Positions 58,094 to 64,000 of a stretch of 64,000 bases of DNA are shown here, piece after piece; position 1 is the stretch's first letter; the number at the start of each line of letters is the position of its first letter. This DNA comes from an uncultured Acidobacteriota bacterium (GTDB lineage Bacteria > Acidobacteriota > Thermoanaerobaculia > Multivoradales > JAHEKO01): NCBI GenBank assembly GCA_963713825.1, contig CAVQNG010000005.1:448001-512000 (forward strand), read 5' to 3'. The position numbers and the translations under genes were made by a program. The notes beneath the pieces were generated by a model. It was given only the letters and a program-made list of their open reading frames with translations, had not been told where the DNA came from and searched no databases.

Positions 58094-60259
58094 ATGAAAA
58101 CAACCTATCGACTCCTACTGGTAGCTCTGGTAGTGGCAACGGTCCCGGCGGCGACGATGGCGGCTATCGGTGACGGTGGCACCATCATTGTCGAGCGGAC
58201 TTTCTGGCTTGGATACTGGGACTCCAGCGTCGACGGATCTCCGGATCTCGCCGCCGAGTACCGAGTGATCGGTGACGGCCCCGACCTGGGCGTCAAGCTG
58301 AAGACCATCCACGAGTGGGGCGCAGTCGACTTCTACGGCCGGTATCGCGATTCGGCAGACCAGAAGTACAAACTGGACTTCGACGTCAATCGCGTGTTCC
58401 GTTCACAGAATTTGCTCAATTCGCTCATCCATCGGCTCGGACATCAGCCGATCGAGCACTTCCAGGCGGCGACCAATCATGGCCGTGTGGTGTGGGAGAG
58501 CGACCTCGATCCAGATTCGGAATACGACCTCAAGTACCAGGTCTTCGAGACCAAAAACGAGGTTCAGTTGCCGAGCGTCGACGGCCTTACGGTCGGTTTC
58601 GGCTATCGCAACCAGCAGCGTAAGGGGACGCGTCAGCACACGACGATTTCTCACTGCGATGCTTGTCATGTGAACAGTCAGGACCGGCCGACCGACGAGA
58701 CCACGGACGACGCCTATATCGATCTGAAATACGCCTGGGCTTCGAACTTCGTTCGCGGCAGCTACACCGGGCGCAGCTATAGTGAGAGCCCACAGAACAT
58801 CTCGCTACTGTTCGATGACGCGCTGCAACCGGAATTGAGAACCCCGGTTTTCGACAATCGTGTCCAGTGGGATGTCGACGAAGGCCCGCAGCCCGTGGAC
58901 CTGAAGCCGGACATCTCGAAGGACATCTTCAAACTCGACACCCTGATCAATACCAGCGGTTGGGGCATCGTCGGCGAAGGCGTCTGGTCTTCGACCGAGA
59001 ACGACTACACACGCAACAAGACCGATTTCACCGGTTTCATGGCGAGTGTGGCCAAGCGTTTCGGCTCGGATCGGCGCTGGAACTTCCGCTGGCGGGGTCG
59101 TACCTACTCGGTTGACAATTCCACGGTGGAGTTGGTTCCGATCCAGCGGCCAGGTACGGCTGGACCGCAGTCACCGGGGACCTATGGTTCCTACTACCCC
59201 GATTGGCCGCAGACATTCACCCGACTGCCGGCAGTGAAACGGGACGTCCTCGAGTCGAAGGCCGATCTCGTCTTCGGTAGGTCCACTCGCGGTATCGGAC
59301 AGTTCCGGTTCACCTGGAACTACGACAAGCAGGATCGTGAGTACTACGAAGTGGCCCCGGGAACGACCGACACCACGAAGAACCTGCTCGGTGTGTCCTG
59401 GTCGGCACGACCTGGGAAGGGTTGGAAGACGTATGCCGGCATCAAGTACGCCGACATCAGCAATCCCTTTCAGATCGTTGATGGCAAGTACTCGACGCTG
59501 GTCTCACAACCGTCCGGAGGCAGCCCCTTCGACCCGCGTGCGGCCCAGTACTGGCAGATGCACAACGCTCGCATCGCCGAAGGAACGACGTCGCCAGCGT
59601 CCTACTTCCAGGCTGACTTGCGTGGCACCTACCTGCACGACGGCAACATGCTGACGGCTTCGTACCGCTACTGGAAGGGTGACAACAATGACGGTGATCT
59701 GAATGACTGGGCGCGGGATTCCCAGGCCTTCAACATCACCTACTGGGCGACACCCTCGCCGGATTGGCAGTGGTACGTCGGTTACAACTACAACGACACC
59801 TCGATGGACACGGTGTTCACCATCCCGATCTTCGATGGGTGAGCGGGCTCCATTGTTTCGGGCCAGGCTGGCTCGGATTCGAGCACGACCAAGTACACAT
59901 CCACCGTCAACACCGGGATGGGTGGCCTGAAGTTCAAGGTCACAGAAGCATTCAAGATTGGTTTCGACCTGGCATACGTCGATGCCACGGCTGGAATGGA
60001 CTCATTCCGATTCGAAACCGCTGAAGCATGGGCGGCTACCAAGCCGAACCAGAACTACGACATGTCGCTGGTCAACACCTATTCGGATCTCGACACCTCG
60101 CGATTCGAGTCGGACCTGTGGGCCAAGTTCGGCTTCGGGAAGTCTCTCTTCCTGTATGGCGACTGGCGGTATGTCGACTATGCCGACGACGCGCCGTATC
60201 TCTACGACACGTCCGGCGAGATCAGCTGGTACACGCTCAGCCTAGGCTGGTCGTTCTGA
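58094..60259 (+). CDS. Outer-membrane porin partner of the decaheme cytochrome, CxxCH-containing putative selenoprotein (721 aa, Sec583; GSU2204/MtrB-like)
   Basis: ORFs 58094-59842 and 59918-60259 share a frame and are separated only by TGA at 59840; SECIS-like hairpin follows; joined protein ends in the barrel signal SLGWSF; CDACH motif. Confidence 0.85.
59840..59884 (+). promoter_or_regulatory. UGA plus bacterial SECIS-like hairpin
   Basis: TGA, 14 nt, stem TTCGGGCCA / TGGCTCGGA with GGC loop starting 23 nt after the UGA; lower GCTC/GAGC pairing. Confidence 0.75.
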
Positions 60260-60296
60260 TGCACTTTCGTTAGCCTCCTTGGTGCATCGGTTCCAA

Positions 60297-60332
60297 GACC
60301 CCGCCCTTCATTGGGCGGGGTCGTTTTTGTTT
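60297..60332 (+). terminator. Rho-independent terminator
   Basis: GACCCCGCCC-loop-GGGCGGGGTC then T tract after the porin gene. Confidence 0.85.
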
Positions 60333-60533
60333 CAGGCCGGCGGAACTTCCGGCCCTTGATTGTCCTGGGGCTTGGGTCCTGGGTCGTGAAGGGTTGAAGC
60401 GGCCGTCGCCCCTGGCGGCCAGGGTGGGTGGGGGAACCGGATTTGCGGCGTCCGGCCACGGGTGATTGAATCGGCCGTCGCCTCTGTCGGCCGGGGTGGG
60501 CGGTGGTGTAGGGGAGGGCCTTGCGCCCTCCCG

Positions 60534-62114
60534 CTATGGTGCCAGCCAAGCGAGCGGTCGAATCTGCCCCAGATCCTGCTCCGCGGCCATCCTCTCCAAC
60601 ATCTCATGATCCACTTGGTACAACCTCCAGAACCCCTCTCTCGTGACCGGAACCAACGCTGGGACCAGCGCAACATTTTCGTGGTTCTCTGCGCTTCCGT
60701 TGGCCAAGACCACATCGAACCAGGCCAGATCGCTCAGCTTCAGGTTCCACGGCTCCCATTCGAGGTTGTGGGTCCAGGCGTGGCTGTAGGTTTCCTTGAA
60801 CACCACCGGCATCGGGGCGAAGTTGGCGAAGGAGAAGGCGAGCGTCCCGCCGCCGCGCACCTGGGCGTAGGCAGGGAGCTGCAGAAAGGGCAGCCGCTTG
60901 ATCACCTGGCTTCGTTGCTGCGTCTCGATGCCGAGAACTCGTGACTGCGGCGGTACCTGCTCCAGCGCCTGCTCGAAGCCCGAGAGCTCGTGACGCTCGT
61001 AGAAGCTCCAGAGGATGGCCAGCATCGCGACGAACAGAAGGGCGACGGCTGAGGTCCCGATTCGGGCGAGCGAGGGCTTGATTCTCGGTGCCGGTGCGGC
61101 CAGGACCAGCAGCACCAGCGCCGGTGCCGTCCACCGTTGCGCGAATTCGGTCGTCTGGTGGTAGAGATTGGGGAGCGCCAGTGCTGCGAGGAACAGCATC
61201 GATCCTGCGAGCGCGAGGGCCCCGTCACCCTCTTCTCGGAGGCTCTTGCGGTTCTGGACCAGCCCCACCGCGACCCATAACAGGATCAGTCCGAGCATAA
61301 CGATTTCCGTGGGGCCTCTGACCCCACCGAAGCCCGTGTTCACCAACCAGCTCGGATTCAGTCGTTGCCAAGGCATGGGAGCCCAGTCCACCGGAGACGT
61401 GAACTGCAGCTTCTCCAGGTTTCCGTACCAGAGGGCTGCAAGGACCAGTACTGGGGCCACAGCCGCGAATCGCCTCAGGCGTCGCTTCCGAAGAGGCAAG
61501 CGAGCCGCCACATCGTGGACCACCAACCAGATGAACCCGGCCACCAGCCAAAGGGCGTGGCTGAAATAGAGCAGCAGGAATCCCAGCAGCAGTTTCCACT
61601 CGGAGCGCTTTTCGGCCGGCTGGGTCGTCAGGTGGATCCACAAGAGAAACACCGGCAACCCGACTACGAAGGGAGCGAACCCCCAGTACATCGAGAGGCT
61701 GAAGAAGAAGAGGGATGCCAAGACCGCCGACGAGATGCTCCGCCCGCGGCTGGCCGCCAGCGCGTGGATCCCACCTGCCCAGGCCATTCCGAACAGCGCC
61801 ATCCCGATCAGGCCGACCTTCATCGGCTCCACGAGCTTCCAGAGAGCCCCGAACACCAGATAGGCGATCCAGTAGGGCGTCAGCCACTGGACGCGATAGA
61901 CCGAATCGGGATTCCCGAGGGTCTCGAAGAACAACCGCACCTGCGCCACATGCTGCGGCAAGTCCGCCGATGGAGGAACATCCACCGCCAGAAACGGCAC
62001 CACCATCAGTCCCATCGCCAGCAGCGCAAACCACAGCCTCGCTGAGTTCAGCTGCGCCCGAAGCGGCCGGCGCCCCTGCCGGCCGGGGTGTGCGCGGGAT
62101 TGGTCAGGTCCCAT
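60534..62114 (-). CDS. Polytopic membrane protein, possibly GT-C glycosyltransferase-like (start uncertain)
   Basis: DLPQH early loop, about 10 TM segments, soluble C-terminal domain; the first ~25 codons overlap a repeat. Confidence 0.6.
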   Translation of the reverse strand: MGPDQSRAHPGRQGRRPLRAQLNSARLWFALLAMGLMVVPFLAVDVPPSADLPQHVAQVRLFFETLGNPDSVYRVQWLTPYWIAYLVFGALWKLVEPMKVGLIGMALFGMAWAGGIHALAASRGRSISSAVLASLFFFSLSMYWGFAPFVVGLPVFLLWIHLTTQPAEKRSEWKLLLGFLLLYFSHALWLVAGFIWLVVHDVAARLPLRKRRLRRFAAVAPVLVLAALWYGNLEKLQFTSPVDWAPMPWQRLNPSWLVNTGFGGVRGPTEIVMLGLILLWVAVGLVQNRKSLREEGDGALALAGSMLFLAALALPNLYHQTTEFAQRWTAPALVLLVLAAPAPRIKPSLARIGTSAVALLFVAMLAILWSFYERHELSGFEQALEQVPPQSRVLGIETQQRSQVIKRLPFLQLPAYAQVRGGGTLAFSFANFAPMPVVFKETYSHAWTHNLEWEPWNLKLSDLAWFDVVLANGSAENHENVALVPALVPVTREGFWRLYQVDHEMLERMAAEQDLGQIRPLAWLAP

Positions 62115-62443
62115 GTCGCGACTCTGGCGTATGCAGTCCGTGCTGGGTGGGGGATGTAGGGGCGGGGCTTGTCCCCGCCCGCGGACGCCCCTGCCGGCCG
62201 TTTGTCACTTTGGCCTGTGAGATGTCCTTTTTGGGTGCTAAGTGGTGTTTTTTGGACGGTGAGCTGTCATTGTTTGCTGCAGCGGCCGGCGCCCCTGCCG
62301 GCCGGGGAGTGTGGGGGTGCCCGGATCCGTGCCGGCCTTCCAACGACGAACTCGAATTGTCAGCTCCCATGCCGCCCCGACTCTAGCGCATGGCGGTTGG
62401 GTTGGGAGGGGGATGTAGGGGCGGGGCTTGCCCCCGCCCGCTG

Positions 62444-62863
62444 TCATGCATCTGCCGGCAGGATCCGAAACGGCTTCCCGCCAGCACCTCTCAGCGCCCG
62501 GAAGTGCCTGTGATCGAGCGTCAAGAGGTCGAGGACGTTTTGCTTCTCCGACAACACGACGATCGATGCATCGGCCAAGCCGATCCCCAGATCGGAGTAC
62601 TGCTCGATGATCTCTCTAGCACGCTTGATGTCTGCGAGTTCGAAGGGAGCAAGATCATAGGCCCCACGCTCGACTTCTCGAAGAAGAGTGAGCTCTTTGG
62701 GGATACCCGCGAGCTTGGTAACCAGGTAGTCCAGCTCGGCGAGAACGAAGGGAGACAGAAACAAGAGTCCTTTGTTCTTGGTGAGAACCTTGGCGCAGTC
62801 TTTATGGCTGCGTTGGTCAGGAGATAGGGCGGCGAGCAATCCGCAGGAGTCGACCAGCATCAT
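62444..62863 (-). CDS. vapC: PIN-domain toxin
   Basis: LVDS, VLAELDYL, LGLADAS-like GLADASI, LTLDHRHF. Confidence 0.88.
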   Translation of the reverse strand: MMLVDSCGLLAALSPDQRSHKDCAKVLTKNKGLLFLSPFVLAELDYLVTKLAGIPKELTLLREVERGAYDLAPFELADIKRAREIIEQYSDLGIGLADASIVVLSEKQNVLDLLTLDHRHFRALRGAGGKPFRILPADA

Positions 62864-63096
62864 GACTCGCCGAAGCCCTCGAGCAGCTCGTCCACGCGTT
62901 CTGCGGCAGTAGGATCGCCCAGGCCTTCCGAGAACAGTGGAATCGTGGGCTTGGGCCTTGGGCGTTGGTCGACAGCTCGCTGAATCGCAGCACGAATGAT
63001 CTCCGCTTCGGAGCGCTTCTCCTCGGCGGCCATCTTCTCGAGATCTGCCTTCAGAGCTTCAGGGAGGTAAACCGTCGTCTTGATCATGCCATACAT
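62860..63096 (-). CDS. vapB: Ribbon-helix-helix (CopG-like) antitoxin
   Basis: KTTVYLPE..SEAEIIRAAI; overlaps the vapC start. Confidence 0.85.
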   Translation of the reverse strand: MYGMIKTTVYLPEALKADLEKMAAEEKRSEAEIIRAAIQRAVDQRPRPKPTIPLFSEGLGDPTAAERVDELLEGFGES

Positions 63097-63448
63097 TATG
63101 CCATACCTCGAAAGTCATTGATTCCGTTGCTATTTGTCAGCCATCACTGGTAGAGATGACGGGAAGTCGATGGAGGTTCTTGCAGACCATCTTGTGCAGG
63201 GCGGAACGTAGAGGAGGGGCTTGCCCCCTCCCACGGGCGCCCGCAAGGGGCGCCCCTACATTTGGCCGTCATGGATGGGAATGGGCGGGGAATGTAGGGG
63301 AGGGCCTTGCGCCCTCCCGGGGTGCCCCCTTGTGATCCCATTCCTTCGGGTGGGTCCGGATCCTGCCCTTTTAGGGCTTGGGTCCAGGGGGTCGGCCGGA
63401 TACCATAGGCGCGGCCTCGGAGTCGAGGCCGTCTCTAGGAGGATTCCA

Positions 63449-64000
63449 ATGACTCGAATTCGCATTCCCATGGCCTTTCTGGCCCTCCTCGTTGCCCTGA
63501 CGGCAGTGCCTGCAATGGGTGACGAGATCGACAAGCCCTACCGAATGGAGATCGGCGACCCGGCTCGCAAGACCCAGAAGGCCGACCTCGTCCTGGACGC
63601 CATCACCGACACTCGCACGGGTGAGCTTCTGAGCCCCGCACAGCTGGCCGACAGGCTGGCCGACAAGCGCATCGTGTTCATGGGCGAGAGCCACACCGAC
63701 ATCTTCTTTCACCGCTCCCAGTTCCAGATCATCGAGGCCCTGCAGAACGCCGGCCGCGAGGTCCTGATCGGCCTCGAGATGTACCCCTACACCAAGCAGG
63801 AGTTGCTGGATAACTGGGTGGCCGGCCGCTACACCGAAGAGGGCTTCCTCGAGATCTCGCAGTGGTACGAGGCCTGGGGCTACCACTGGGACTACTACCG
63901 CTCCATCTTCATGTTCGCGCAGGAGCACGGCCTCCCCATGTACGCCCTCAATACTCCGCGCGAGATCATCGCGGCAGTCCGCAAGAAGGGCTTCGACGAG
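63449..64000 (+). CDS. ChaN-family protein (truncated by window end)
   Basis: AGGAGG RBS, signal peptide, IVFMGESH, IGLEMYP, YYRSIF..ALNTPR; frame open to the window end. Confidence 0.85.
   Translation, partial: MTRIRIPMAFLALLVALTAVPAMGDEIDKPYRMEIGDPARKTQKADLVLDAITDTRTGELLSPAQLADRLADKRIVFMGESHTDIFFHRSQFQIIEALQNAGREVLIGLEMYPYTKQELLDNWVAGRYTEEGFLEISQWYEAWGYHWDYYRSIFMFAQEHGLPMYALNTPREIIAAVRKKGFDE

Larger units (their letters stand above)
62156..63318 (+). repeat. Cluster of GTAG-type REPs around vapBC
   Basis: GTAG plus GGGCGGGG/CCCCGCCC-type hairpins at 62156, 62415, 63208 (doublet closing CTAC at 63259) and 63294. Confidence 0.7.

Noticed and set aside
59918-60259. Independent 113-aa gene or nonsense pseudogene fragment
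   Set aside because: In frame with the upstream porin, supplies the barrel terminus, and the intervening UGA is followed by a SECIS-like hairpin

Overview
GC-rich bacterial window that reads as an anaerobic hydrogen/sulfur energy-metabolism island. It contains, in order: a thioredoxin-TolC-MFP-RND-DUF2892-PII-like efflux operon; two OmpW-type barrels; a Tat-less Psr/Ttr/Soe-type molybdoenzyme with a fused FeS-NrfD subunit and TorD chaperone; a sulfane-sulfur cluster (two FadL, two DsrE2, TusA, TusE, rhodanese-persulfide dioxygenase, SQR, CsoR-family repressor, sigma-54 activator with promoter and palindromic enhancer sites); a module of heme-motif sensor kinase, two receiver-GcvH-like fusions lacking the lipoyl lysine, pentaheme cytochrome, FeS, NrfD and a 41-aa peptide, placed between hydrogenase genes; a RAYT; a Hyb-type [NiFe] hydrogenase with hyp genes (hypD frameshifted); an orphan Rieske protein; two SDR paralogs; sxtIJK-like carbamoyltransferase genes; a decaheme cytochrome with a porin partner that very probably reads through UGA as selenocysteine (SECIS-like hairpin present); VapBC; and a partial ChaN gene. 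Non-coding highlights are a recurring TACCC-N4-GGGTA operator-like motif, a 164-bp fold-back repeat (5 copies), GTAG-REPs and other repeat families. Family calls come from motif recognition by eye; no searches were run.
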